In this document: piece after piece, positions 18,127-27,849 of the stretch
How positions within the stretch are numbered: the stretch's first letter is position 1
Layout of the letters: each line of letters opens with the position of its first letter
Source of the DNA: Phormidesmis sp.
Lineage (GTDB): Bacteria; Cyanobacteriota; Cyanobacteriia; Leptolyngbyales; Leptolyngbyaceae
Length of the DNA stretch: 64,000 bases
Direction: 5' to 3'
Assembly: GCA_965248535.1 (NCBI GenBank)
Contig: CBDFJR010000002.1
Coordinates: forward strand, 1,664,001-1,728,000
Program-made: the position numbers and the translations under genes
The notes under the pieces: model-generated
Databases searched by the model: none
Seen by the model: the letters and a program-made list of their open reading frames with translations, nothing else
What the model was told of the DNA's origin: nothing

Positions 18127-18735
18127 CTAGAGAAACATTGATTTAACGAGGCGAGTGCTGCCAACGGTAAGCGCTAACAAAGAATGCACTACAGTGAATA
18201 GAATAATGATTGGGACGGTGATGAAATGAACTACGCGCAGGGTTTGCCAACTCCCGAACCAGTGCGATAGCCAATAGAACTGAACAGGTTTATACATCGC
18301 TAATCCTGAAATGATTGCTAATAGCAATACGGGAATAATGATCGTGTAAACCAATCGATGTAGCGCGTAGTTCTTACGTTTAGCATTCTGACTGACCTGC
18401 AAAGCTTTGATATCACTAGTGCTAGCAAATCGCTTTTTCCAACGACGAGAGATCAAAACATATAACCCATAAAACAATAGATTTAGCGAATAAAACCACA
18501 TGGCGGCAAAGTGCCAGTTGCGCCCATCTGCTAACCCTCCCCCCAACACCACAAGACTTGGAAAATGCCAACCCTCGCGACCTCCAAACACCGGATTGGC
18601 GTTATAAATTCGCAATCCGCTTGTCAACATCACGAATAGACTGATCAGGTTAACCCAATGAAAGGTTTTGGCCAAAATCGCCTGAGTGGGCATCGGCGGA
18701 GATTTGGGACGTTTAGCAGGCACCGCAGCAGTCAT
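18127..18735 (-). CDS. Membrane cytochrome b partner (Ni-hydrogenase cyt b / YdhU-like)
   Basis: FHW, SGL.IYNA, WHF, LR.VH...VH heme ligands; 4 TM. Confidence 0.82.
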   Translation of the reverse strand: MTAAVPAKRPKSPPMPTQAILAKTFHWVNLISLFVMLTSGLRIYNANPVFGGREGWHFPSLVVLGGGLADGRNWHFAAMWFYSLNLLFYGLYVLISRRWKKRFASTSDIKALQVSQNAKRKNYALHRLVYTIIIPVLLLAIISGLAMYKPVQFYWLSHWFGSWQTLRVVHFITVPIIILFTVVHSLLALTVGSTRLVKSMFL

Positions 18736-18758
18736 CGATCGAAGCTCCTGACTAAGGT

Positions 18759-19454
18759 TTATAACGATGGCGTTGGAAAGAATGGAGCTAGCCAAAGCTG
18801 AAGCTGCACATCCCAGCCGAGCAGAATGGCGATCGCGGTGGCAATCACCAGCACTCCTCCCACTTTTTGCAGCTTCGCACTGTGGCGACGCAGCCCAATT
18901 AATCGCTGGCTCAGGGTTCGTCCTCCATAGGCGATCGCTAAAAGTGGTAAAGCTGCCCCTAGCCCATAGGCGATCAACAGACCAAAAGACCCGGCGATCT
19001 GATGGTTAACCGCCGCTAAAACTAAGATGCCGCCGAGCACGGGCCCCGCGCACGGAGTCCAGAGCAGCCCTAGCTGAGTGCCTAACCAAAACTCTCCCCA
19101 CAGCCCAATGCGAGGCGGCTCTTTAGTCCAGCGGGCGATCGGCAAATAGCCAAAAATGCGATAGCTCCAGGTCGGAAAGATGGCGAGAAGACCGAGTAGC
19201 AGGAGCAGCCCGATCGCTACCAGTCTCAAAAGATTAGCGACTCCGGTCAGCCAGCTTGCTGTCACGCCTAATAGACTTCCGGCGACGGCAAACCCCCCAA
19301 CTAAGCCTGTGACCAGGGCGATCGGGCCATAGCGATGAGATTGCAGCGATCGTCCGATGAGAATGGGCAAAATCGGCAGAACGCAGGGTGACAGAACGGT
19401 GAGTCCGCCTGCTAAAAAAGCCAGACCTGTCGAGAGGGTAGAAGTCATAGTCAA
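18759..19454 (-). CDS. ccdA: CcdA/DsbD-type thiol-disulfide transmembrane protein
   Basis: LSPCVLPILP and WTPCAGPVLG. Confidence 0.88.
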   Translation of the reverse strand: MTMTSTLSTGLAFLAGGLTVLSPCVLPILPILIGRSLQSHRYGPIALVTGLVGGFAVAGSLLGVTASWLTGVANLLRLVAIGLLLLLGLLAIFPTWSYRIFGYLPIARWTKEPPRIGLWGEFWLGTQLGLLWTPCAGPVLGGILVLAAVNHQIAGSFGLLIAYGLGAALPLLAIAYGGRTLSQRLIGLRRHSAKLQKVGGVLVIATAIAILLGWDVQLQLWLAPFFPTPSL

Positions 19455-19513
19455 AGGGAGATGAAGCGGGGATTGACGTGACAGATCCGTGAGCAGGGCG
19501 GGTTGCCCCGACG

Positions 19514-20140
19514 TTAGGCTTTTTCTGCCAAGAGTTGTTGAATCATTTGCTCTGTGGTGTCGTAGGCACCTTCGCCAATGTGGTCATAGCGCATGAGACC
19601 GCGACGATCGGCTAAAAATAGGTGCGGCCAATATTCATTGCTGTAGGCTTTCCAGGTTTTAAACTCGTTGTCGATCGGGACGGGATAGGTAATCTGATGT
19701 TGCTTTAAGGCGTTTTTGACGTTGTTGAGATCGCGCTCATAGGCAAATTCTGGTGTGTGAATGCCGATCACTTTTAGCCCCGATCGGGCATATTGTTGAT
19801 GCCAACGCACAACGGAGGGCAAGGTGCGCTGACAGTTGATGCAGGCAAATGTCCAGAACTGCACGAGCACAACGCTGCCTTTGAGATCAGCGATCGACAC
19901 CGGAGCCGAATTTAACCACTGACTAATTCCCTGAAAGTCTGGAAGGGTTGCTCCAGCCGAGGCTACGCTGCTGTTGTTGGGTTGCTGCGGATCTGAGGGA
20001 GTAGTAGCGGGCCCGATCGTAGTTGTCGAACGGGTCAAGTTTTTAGAAGTGACTCCAAACGCGGTGGCTGCCCCCGCACCAACCACTCCTAACCCTAGAT
20101 AAAGCAATAATTGCCGACGCTGACGCGATCGTTGATCCAT
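19514..20140 (-). CDS. Exported thioredoxin-like protein (DipZ C-terminal type)
   Basis: FWTFACINC, HTPEF, YWP, HIGEG; RR signal. Confidence 0.88.
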   Translation of the reverse strand: MDQRSRQRRQLLLYLGLGVVGAGAATAFGVTSKNLTRSTTTIGPATTPSDPQQPNNSSVASAGATLPDFQGISQWLNSAPVSIADLKGSVVLVQFWTFACINCQRTLPSVVRWHQQYARSGLKVIGIHTPEFAYERDLNNVKNALKQHQITYPVPIDNEFKTWKAYSNEYWPHLFLADRRGLMRYDHIGEGAYDTTEQMIQQLLAEKA

Positions 20141-20361
20141 AACGCTCTCTGGTTAATAAAGGAGCGACGACTGCAATGGACGCTGCCCCAAGAATAATCA
20201 TCTGATCAGAAATCTTGTTTGACTTCTCATTCATTAGACTGCTGTCAGTCTATTCACAAAGTGACTTTTAGAATATTCAATGGATCGTGAATTAAATCAT
20301 ATCGATGACGATTTTAGTCATGTGCAACTATTAGATTTTATTTAATCCACGATCCAATAGA

Positions 20362-20679
20362 CTATGGCTTGGTAGGAGTCTCTTTCTTCATGGCATCGCC
20401 ATCCTTTTTCATTGCGTCGCCTTTCATCGCATCGCCATCTTTTTTCATTGCGTCGCCTTTCATCGCATCACCATCTTTTTTCATGGCATCGCCCTTCATC
20501 GCATCACCTTTCATCGCATCACCTTTCATGGCACCACTAGCTGGAGATGCACTAGCCGCCGGAACACTAGAGGCTGGGCTAGGAGCCGCTTGTTGTTTGA
20601 CTTCAGGAGTGCTTGAACAAGCAGCTAGACTTGCCATCAACGCAAAACTTGCGACTGAACCGATCATTTTCCAATTCAT
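20362..20679 (-). CDS. Methionine-rich repeat lipoprotein (MXKDX-like)
   Basis: Lipobox LAAC; repeated MKGDA/MKKDGDA; tandem DNA repeats at 20385-20530. Confidence 0.8.
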   Translation of the reverse strand: MNWKMIGSVASFALMASLAACSSTPEVKQQAAPSPASSVPAASASPASGAMKGDAMKGDAMKGDAMKKDGDAMKGDAMKKDGDAMKGDAMKKDGDAMKKETPTKP

Positions 20680-20798
20680 GTTTGTTGCCATCCTGTTCAA
20701 AAACTGTGAATGTTTCTCAATGCTCACAGTATGGCGATCGAGTCTGAGGCGGCACTGAACTTAATCTTGAAGGTTGCTGAATTTTTCTACTAAATGTT

Positions 20799-20825
20799 CT
20801 CAGGTCACACTCAGGGTTTTCTCAG
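20799..20825 (-). promoter_or_regulatory. Putative OmpR-family binding site
   Basis: CTCAG at 20799, 20810 and 20821 (11-bp period) upstream of the redox cluster. Confidence 0.5.
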
Positions 20826-20852
20826 AAAAGTCTGCTAGCCAGAATTTTGGGA

Positions 20853-23800
20853 TCATTCCCAGCGATCGAGTTCGGCGACCCAATATTGCACGATCGCGGT
20901 TACCTGGCTGCGCCGAGCTTCAAAGGTGGCCGCGATCCAGATAAACACTAGCCCTAAAACAATGCCCATTGCCCACAACAGCAGCGATTCATTGTTGATA
21001 AAAAACCAAAGCTGACGCACGACTTTGAGCATAAACGTTGCAGTGCCGACATACAAAAACGCCCGAACTTGCAGGGTCAACCCGGCTGTGATTAAGCCGA
21101 GACTAAACCCGATCGTGACCAATCCCTGCACCCAACTGCGATCGGATTGATAGAGAGCCGTGAAACAAAAGAGTCCAACCGCTAAACAACGCAACAGATG
21201 ACGCACTTCACGAGATGAGGGCGATCGCAACGCTGGATCAATCTGCACACCATAGAGAATAGAACCGCTAATGATCGTCATTAACCAGAGTGGATCGGTC
21301 AGGGAATAGTCATGTAGAATTTTGAGAATCGCCCAATCTGCCAGCCCAAGAGCAAGATAGCTGAGACGAATCTGAGCCGTCTCTCTCGCAAACCAGGCAT
21401 AAAAGGCAGCCGAAATTAACAAACTTTGCACCGCAATGTCTGAACTCGTGATCGCCACGATCGTGCCCGGCAATAGCGCCGCCGATCGCTGCCAAGGTTG
21501 ACGTGACCAGCCCCAAGTTTGCCAGGGTAAAGTGTAGAGTCCAAACGCTATTAGAATGGCGATCGCGGCTCCCCATTCTAATAGCGTTGATTCTGGTAGC
21601 GTTTGGTAGAGGGCATATCCGATCGCGGCCGATAGTTCAATCACGCCGAGATAGACCCAAGCAGATTGCGATCGTCCTTGCCAAATGGCATAACTGGCTA
21701 ACAGGGTGGTCACTCCCATCCAGATCAGTCTGAACGGGGGACTGAGAGGAGCGATCAGCGCCGTCAACGCCAACAAGCTGCCGCCGAACCAGTGTAGATG
21801 GGCCCAGTTAGAAAGCTCAGATTGGGTGAGGCGCAAATAAGGGCGCAACCATCGAGCCGTCAGACGATAGAGGAGCGCGATCGCCGTTGCTAATCCTGCC
21901 AGTAGCGTCACGCCATCTCCCCCAGAGCCGCCAGAACTGTGCAGCAGTTGGTAGGTTAAGCCCTCATAAGCGGCGATCGAGGCGATCGTCATGCCTAAAA
22001 TCGTCAACGGTTTGAGATCAGGCTGACGACGACCGGCCCCGATTAACGGCAACGCCGCCGCAAGGCTATAGAGTCCGGTGGTGGGGGTGAAGTGAGAGTG
22101 AGCTAAAAACCCGCCGAGAAGGGCGTAGAATGCCGGAATTCCGTGCAGACTGAGCAGGACAGAATCGGGATGGCGACGTATCCAGTGATCGCCTAAGAGT
22201 TGGGTGACTAATCCCAAAATTAGCGTGACCAGCGCCAAATCGTCCCACGTTCCTCCGCGCAAATTGATCAAACTGAGGGAGAGCAACTCAACGCCCCAAG
22301 CGGCACCGCACAATCCTAAATTAGTCGGTCGCTGCAAGATGCGATAAGCGATCGCACCAGTGGTTAGCCCAGCCGTAAGCGCATAGCGCCAGTCAAGAGG
22401 GCGTAACCAAACCAGTTCGGCGTGAAGAGTAATCAGGGTCAGCACGCTCAGATTAAACAAACTGAGAGCGATCGCCCAGCCGTTTAATGCCCGCGCATAA
22501 AGACGAGCCAGCATGGTTTGCCGACGGCTGACCAGATGACGTAAGAGCCAAAGCCCGATGAGGACGATCGCCAAGAAGGGAAAAACCCATTCTGATGGAA
22601 TTGGGTTCCAAAGTCTCCACACTAGAGCGATCACAAAGCTAATACCAAAGCCAACCGTGATCGCGGCTGCTGTTAACTGCTGGAGTGATTGAGTGTTGAC
22701 GATCATTAAAATCGTAGCGATCGTAAGCGTAATCAGTAAAGGATTAAGCTCTGCGATCGTTAAAATGGGAGCACCTAATAACGCTAATATACTCAGCCAA
22801 CTTGCCCAACCAGAATAGGAAAACTGAGGACGACGAGCCAGTAACGTTAATAGAATGGGAGTCACTAGCCAGACAAGATTTCCCTGGGCGTTGGTAACGC
22901 TAGCGTAATTTAACAGCGTATAGCTTAAAGTAGCCAATCCGATGCCCAAATACCAAGCGCTGAGTTGCCAACCTCGATTGCGAGTCAGCCCGCACAACAC
23001 CCACTCAGCCACCATCGCGACCAACAGCCCGATCGCCCAAGGTCTTTCGGTCAGAGTCGGAAACCCCCAATTAATCCAGGCAAAAACGGCAAGCAGCCCG
23101 GTAATGTGAGTCAGATAGACATACCAAACCGCGGCAGATAATCGCCCCGGTATGAAAACGCCCAAGGTCAGTGCCGAGATGCCTAAATAAATGGCGCGAA
23201 CTAACGGATTAAACGCACCGGGAATTGCCAAAAGAAGCCCTAACCCCAAAGCCATTTTTTCGGCAGCGATCGCCAGATCAGCGTGCTGCGATCGTCGCAA
23301 ATAAGCCGCAAATCCCAAAATTATCAGCACGTAGAGGAAAAATCCCAACCCGGTCATTTCCCAGGCACCCTGCTGGAGATGGGCCCATTCGGCAATCATC
23401 GCCATCACACTCCGACGCACCGCCGGGGGAAAGATCACCCGCAGCAGCGCATAGGTTTGCAGCCCCACCAGCACCAGCGCCACCACCTCTTGCAGTCGCC
23501 AAAATCGCTGCAACCGCTCCGCTAGCAGCCAGAGCACTAACCCACTCACCGCTAAGGCTTGCCACAGTTGGTCGGCGGTGACTGTCACACACCAGCCCAG
23601 AATGAGCAACCCGGCTCCGGCTGGAGTCCACAGGGGTTTTGAGTTGCGGCGATTGATCCAGCAGAGAATCCAGCCGCAGATGCCTAAAGCTAGCCCCAAT
23701 CGACTGACCGGAATTCCTTTGACTAAAACGGCTCTGCCGATTAGCAGCAAGGTCGAAAACGCGATCGCGATCAGTCCCAAATCTAGCGGAAATCGGGTAG

Positions 23801-24593
23801 ACGAATCTTCTTCACGATCGCGGCGGCTGACTTGCAGAATCGCAGTCCCGATCGTGCCCACATAAACCGCGATGAGCGGAATTTCTGGCACAGCCCAGCC
23901 CCAGTGCAGCCAACTCAACCCCCAGGCATTTAGCAACGTGGTGCGCGAACCCGATCGCAACAGCCGAAACGACAGCGCCGAAAGACTCAGGGCAGCGATC
24001 GCGCCCATTCCCCAGCCCAAGCCATTTTGCCACAGCCCAAATCCATCAATCATCCAAAAGTTGACCGGAACGAGCAGCAGCGTCGCAATTTGCAGCATTC
24101 GCCCCGTGAGCCGCAGATTCGATCGCGCCCCTGCCCACAGACCCGCCAGCCCAAACCCCAGCGTGTAGCCCCACAAGATAGAATATTGACCGACGATCGA
24201 GAAGTTTTTCCACTGCGTTGCTGCCAAAACCGCAGACGACACAACCACCATAAACACGCCCAAAAACAGCAGCCAGACCACGCTAATCTCTGCCATCAGC
24301 GACGAGAGCATCTGACCCACCCAAGAGGGTCTAGCGGGAGTTGGGCGCGGCTGAGGAGTAATGGCAACAGCACTGAGAGCAGGTTCAGCAATAAAGTCTT
24401 CTGCATAAGGATCTGAAACTGGAGCAGCCACCCGATCGGGCAGTCGGCAAGTCAGCGATTGTTGCCCTAACTGCATCACCTGTTGATTAGAAAGCAGCCC
24501 CAGTTGCAGCCAAACGTCTAATCCTTCTAGAAACTCGGTTTGATCCGATCGCGGCTGTAGCTCAAGCTGAATCAAACGTCTGGGTTGTTCCAT
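20853..24593 (-). CDS. Large polytopic membrane protein (DUF2157-like)
   Basis: 1246 aa with many hydrophobic segments. Confidence 0.75.
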   Translation of the reverse strand: MEQPRRLIQLELQPRSDQTEFLEGLDVWLQLGLLSNQQVMQLGQQSLTCRLPDRVAAPVSDPYAEDFIAEPALSAVAITPQPRPTPARPSWVGQMLSSLMAEISVVWLLFLGVFMVVVSSAVLAATQWKNFSIVGQYSILWGYTLGFGLAGLWAGARSNLRLTGRMLQIATLLLVPVNFWMIDGFGLWQNGLGWGMGAIAALSLSALSFRLLRSGSRTTLLNAWGLSWLHWGWAVPEIPLIAVYVGTIGTAILQVSRRDREEDSSTRFPLDLGLIAIAFSTLLLIGRAVLVKGIPVSRLGLALGICGWILCWINRRNSKPLWTPAGAGLLILGWCVTVTADQLWQALAVSGLVLWLLAERLQRFWRLQEVVALVLVGLQTYALLRVIFPPAVRRSVMAMIAEWAHLQQGAWEMTGLGFFLYVLIILGFAAYLRRSQHADLAIAAEKMALGLGLLLAIPGAFNPLVRAIYLGISALTLGVFIPGRLSAAVWYVYLTHITGLLAVFAWINWGFPTLTERPWAIGLLVAMVAEWVLCGLTRNRGWQLSAWYLGIGLATLSYTLLNYASVTNAQGNLVWLVTPILLTLLARRPQFSYSGWASWLSILALLGAPILTIAELNPLLITLTIATILMIVNTQSLQQLTAAAITVGFGISFVIALVWRLWNPIPSEWVFPFLAIVLIGLWLLRHLVSRRQTMLARLYARALNGWAIALSLFNLSVLTLITLHAELVWLRPLDWRYALTAGLTTGAIAYRILQRPTNLGLCGAAWGVELLSLSLINLRGGTWDDLALVTLILGLVTQLLGDHWIRRHPDSVLLSLHGIPAFYALLGGFLAHSHFTPTTGLYSLAAALPLIGAGRRQPDLKPLTILGMTIASIAAYEGLTYQLLHSSGGSGGDGVTLLAGLATAIALLYRLTARWLRPYLRLTQSELSNWAHLHWFGGSLLALTALIAPLSPPFRLIWMGVTTLLASYAIWQGRSQSAWVYLGVIELSAAIGYALYQTLPESTLLEWGAAIAILIAFGLYTLPWQTWGWSRQPWQRSAALLPGTIVAITSSDIAVQSLLISAAFYAWFARETAQIRLSYLALGLADWAILKILHDYSLTDPLWLMTIISGSILYGVQIDPALRSPSSREVRHLLRCLAVGLFCFTALYQSDRSWVQGLVTIGFSLGLITAGLTLQVRAFLYVGTATFMLKVVRQLWFFINNESLLLWAMGIVLGLVFIWIAATFEARRSQVTAIVQYWVAELDRWE

Positions 24594-24725
24594 GATTTGC
24601 CATTGCGTTTCAGGTCAATGGGGTGATCATGGCAGAGCTTTGACCAGCGCGCACGGTAACCTGTGTAACTTTGGGCGCTGACTGCGATCGTGGGTCGAGT
24701 CCTATCGCCTACTGGCATCAGCAAT

Positions 24726-24749
24726 GGGCATGGCGTGCTGTGCCCTTAC
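24726..24749. repeat. REP-like palindrome
   Basis: GGGCATGGCGTGCTGTGCCCTTAC, related to 26009 and 50393. Confidence 0.5.
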
Positions 24750-24807
24750 CCAGATTTTGGGCGGTGCCATGGACTGATCAAGCCTCCGCTTTAGCGAATC
24801 TACACCG

Positions 24808-25938
24808 CTAAGGTTTTTCGCCTGAGATGATGTGCACGTCGATGTTTTTGAGAGACTTGAGAAGCTGTTGCGTTAATGAACCGCGCAAAAACACCTTCCA
24901 GCGCGATTGTTGGCTTTCACCAATCACAATCTGCGTGATGCGATAATCGTTAGCCACGTCAGCGATCGCTCTAGCTTTATTGTGACCACTCACTCGCACA
25001 AACCGCCCACCAAATTCCTGACATAATCGCTCACAGGTTTCAATGTGCAGGCTTTCTGATTTATTTAAGAAGCGATCGGGATCATCCACAAATAAACAGT
25101 AAAACGGGGCGTGCATATATCCTGAGATTCTCGCCCCTCGCCGCACTAGCTGAATCGCGTTGGGATAGGTCGAGACACAGACCAGCACGCGCTCATGCAC
25201 ATTGCAGTAGGGGGCTTTGTCGGTTGAATGGTTGTCTCCTTCGATCGCGCCTTCTTCAACTTGGTCTGCTAACTCTCGTAGGGCCAGTTCTCTCAGCGCG
25301 ATTAAATTGCGACGTTGAAAAAAGTTTTGTAGCGATTGATCGATTTTTTCAGGCGCATAGATTTTTCCGTCTCTTAAGCGTTCCTCTAGCGTTTCAGGCG
25401 TGACATCAACGACGACCACTTCAGCCGCTTCATCAAGCAATCGATCGGGCACTCGCTCTCTCACAACAATTCCTGTAATCCTCGCTACGAGGTCGTTTAA
25501 GCTCTCTAGGTGCTGAATGTTGACCGTTGAGAAGACATCAATGCCAGCCGCTAAAATCACTTCGACATCCTGATAGCGCTTTTCGCGCTCAGAGCCAGGA
25601 ACGTTGGTGTGTGCCAGTTCATCGACTAAAACCAGTTGAGGCTGACGGGCAATAATCGCCGGGGTGTCCATTTCGGTCAGCGTCACACCCGACCAGGTGA
25701 TTTTTTGACGAGGCACTTGCTCTAAACCCACCGCTTTAGCGATCGTTTCTTGGCGATTGTGGGTTTCGAGCAGCCCAATCACGATATCGGTGCCCTCTTT
25801 TTTGAGGCGCTCCCCTTCCTCCAGCATTTTGTAGGTTTTGCCCACGCCGGGAGACATCCCAATAAAGACTTTGTGCTTGCCACGGCGAGCGGGACGAATG
25901 TAAGCCCGATCGGGCGAACTATTGGGTGAGTTTTGCAT
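24808..25938 (-). CDS. kdpD: Stand-alone KdpD sensor domain + USP domain (no kinase)
   Basis: PGVGKTY, ETH.R, VDELAHTN, TVNIQHLESLND, LRELALR. Confidence 0.9.
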   Translation of the reverse strand: MQNSPNSSPDRAYIRPARRGKHKVFIGMSPGVGKTYKMLEEGERLKKEGTDIVIGLLETHNRQETIAKAVGLEQVPRQKITWSGVTLTEMDTPAIIARQPQLVLVDELAHTNVPGSEREKRYQDVEVILAAGIDVFSTVNIQHLESLNDLVARITGIVVRERVPDRLLDEAAEVVVVDVTPETLEERLRDGKIYAPEKIDQSLQNFFQRRNLIALRELALRELADQVEEGAIEGDNHSTDKAPYCNVHERVLVCVSTYPNAIQLVRRGARISGYMHAPFYCLFVDDPDRFLNKSESLHIETCERLCQEFGGRFVRVSGHNKARAIADVANDYRITQIVIGESQQSRWKVFLRGSLTQQLLKSLKNIDVHIISGEKP

Positions 25939-26008
25939 GGTTTGTGAACAGAATAAACAGCCGCCACATTTGCCGCATTAATCGCGAAGGAATGTAACCG
26001 AAATTCCC

Positions 26009-26037
26009 GTAGGGGCACGGCACCGCCATGCCCCCTA
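26009..26037. repeat. REP-like palindrome (GTAG-type)
   Basis: GTAGGGGCACGGCACCGCCATGCCCCCTA. Confidence 0.55.
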
Positions 26038-26104
26038 ATCATCGCCCATAACCCCAATCCTCGATCGCCAGTGAGAAAGTTCCTACCCGGCGATCGTCCG
26101 TCGA

Positions 26105-27574
26105 TCAGCCCATCACCCAATTTACCAGCGTTCTCACGCCATAGCCCGTTGCCCCCGCCCCGTTATAGCCGTTTTCTTTGTCTGCCCACACGGGCCCAGC
26201 GACATCCAGATGCGCCCAAGGAGTCTCTTTGACAAACTGCTTGAGAAACATCGCAGCACTGATCGCCCCGCCCGCCCGCGCCCCTGTATTTTTCATGTCA
26301 GCGATGCCCGACTTCATGCTCTCAAAATATTTTTCCTCCATCGGCATCCGCCAAAGTTTTTCACCTGCCTGCTCTGAGGCGTGTTGCAGTTGAGTGGCCA
26401 CCGCATCATCAGGACTCCACAGCCCAGCAATATCGTCGCCCAAGGCAACCACGCAAGCACCCGTTAGCGTGGCCAGATCGACGATCGCTTCTACCCCCAG
26501 CTTTTCAGTAAACACTAGGGCATCCGCTAGCGTTAACCGCCCTTCAGCATCCGTGTTGTTAATTTCAATCGTCTTCCCATTCGAGGCGGTGAGAATATCG
26601 CCGGGGTGAATAGCGCGACCGCTGATCATATTCTCGGCCGCAGCGACGATAAAGTGAATCTCAACATCGGGTTTAATTTGCGCGATCGCTTTAGCTGCGC
26701 CCAAGGTGGCACCCGCCCCGCCCATGTCGGTCTTCATCATCTCAATGCCGCTGCCCGCCCCTTTGATATTTAACCCACCCGAATCAAAGGTGATGCCTTT
26801 GCCGATGATGGCCAGTTTGCGGCGCGGCGTGCCGTCAGGCTTGTAGGTCAAGTGAATGAATTTTGGCGGCAGGTCAGAGGCTTGAGCAACTCCCAAAAAG
26901 GCTCCCATGCCGAGCTTTTCGCAGTCTTCCTTCTCTAGAATTTCGAGGTTCAAACCATAGTCTTGAGCGATCGCTTGAGCCGTTTCTGCTAGGGTGAGCG
27001 GGGTGACATAGTTTGCAGGGGCGGCGACCAGTTCGCGGGCTAAAAAGACCCCAGAGCAAACTTTGCGAGCATGGTCGATGGCGGCATCCTGTCCAGTCAG
27101 CCCGATCAGATCAACCTGTTCGATGCTAGGTTTGTCATCTGACTCTGACTTAAAGCGGGTGTCTTGATAGAGCGCAAGTTCGACCCCTTCAACGATCGCT
27201 TGGGCAGTGGCGGCCGCGTTTTGGTTCCAGATCGGCAAGCTCAGTCCTAGGGTTTTGCAGCGTTCTTTTTTAGCCAGTTTGGCCGCTGCTGCTGCTGACC
27301 GCCTAATCCCATCTAGTTTGAGCACATCTGATTTGCCCAACCCCACCAAGATCAGCTTGCGAATCGAGCTTTGAGGTCCAACGCGCATAGACACACTGCT
27401 GCCAGATTTGCCTTTAAAGTCCATGTCAGCGATCAAGTCCTTCACCGCCCCTGACAGTTTTTCGTCGAGGGCTGTTAGGTCGTCGGTTAGCTCAACCTCG
27501 TTTTCAAATAACCCGATCGCGAGACCATCGCCTGACCAGTTGAGATGCGAAGTATCTGTTGCTTGTAGCTTCAT
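26105..27574 (-). CDS. pepA: Leucyl aminopeptidase (M17)
   Basis: [31 protein letters not shown]. Confidence 0.96.
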   Translation of the reverse strand: MKLQATDTSHLNWSGDGLAIGLFENEVELTDDLTALDEKLSGAVKDLIADMDFKGKSGSSVSMRVGPQSSIRKLILVGLGKSDVLKLDGIRRSAAAAAKLAKKERCKTLGLSLPIWNQNAAATAQAIVEGVELALYQDTRFKSESDDKPSIEQVDLIGLTGQDAAIDHARKVCSGVFLARELVAAPANYVTPLTLAETAQAIAQDYGLNLEILEKEDCEKLGMGAFLGVAQASDLPPKFIHLTYKPDGTPRRKLAIIGKGITFDSGGLNIKGAGSGIEMMKTDMGGAGATLGAAKAIAQIKPDVEIHFIVAAAENMISGRAIHPGDILTASNGKTIEINNTDAEGRLTLADALVFTEKLGVEAIVDLATLTGACVVALGDDIAGLWSPDDAVATQLQHASEQAGEKLWRMPMEEKYFESMKSGIADMKNTGARAGGAISAAMFLKQFVKETPWAHLDVAGPVWADKENGYNGAGATGYGVRTLVNWVMG

Positions 27575-27849
27575 CTTTTGTTTGCGGTTCAATGATTGAT
27601 TTCCAGTATCGATCAAAAGTGAAAAGGGTGTAGGTCAATTTTGCGAATGGGACTCCCGTTTGGGGACTGTTGGATAAGCTCAACGCCGCGATCGCGCCTC
27701 TTTACGGGTAGCTAAAAGAACTTAGAACCCAGCAGCTAGTGTCTTAAGATACCAAACAGTTGCAGATTTGTTTTTTCTTATCAGCACCTTGTGAATCTTT
27801 GCTATAACTGCTGAGGGTTTGAGAAGATTTCACCCATCCGGGGAGAGAC

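Noticed and set aside
20369..20758. Plus-strand repeat ORF (FIASP)n, and the similar shadow ORF 5012-5302 (CIG)n
   Set aside because: Antisense readings of tandem repeats in real genes
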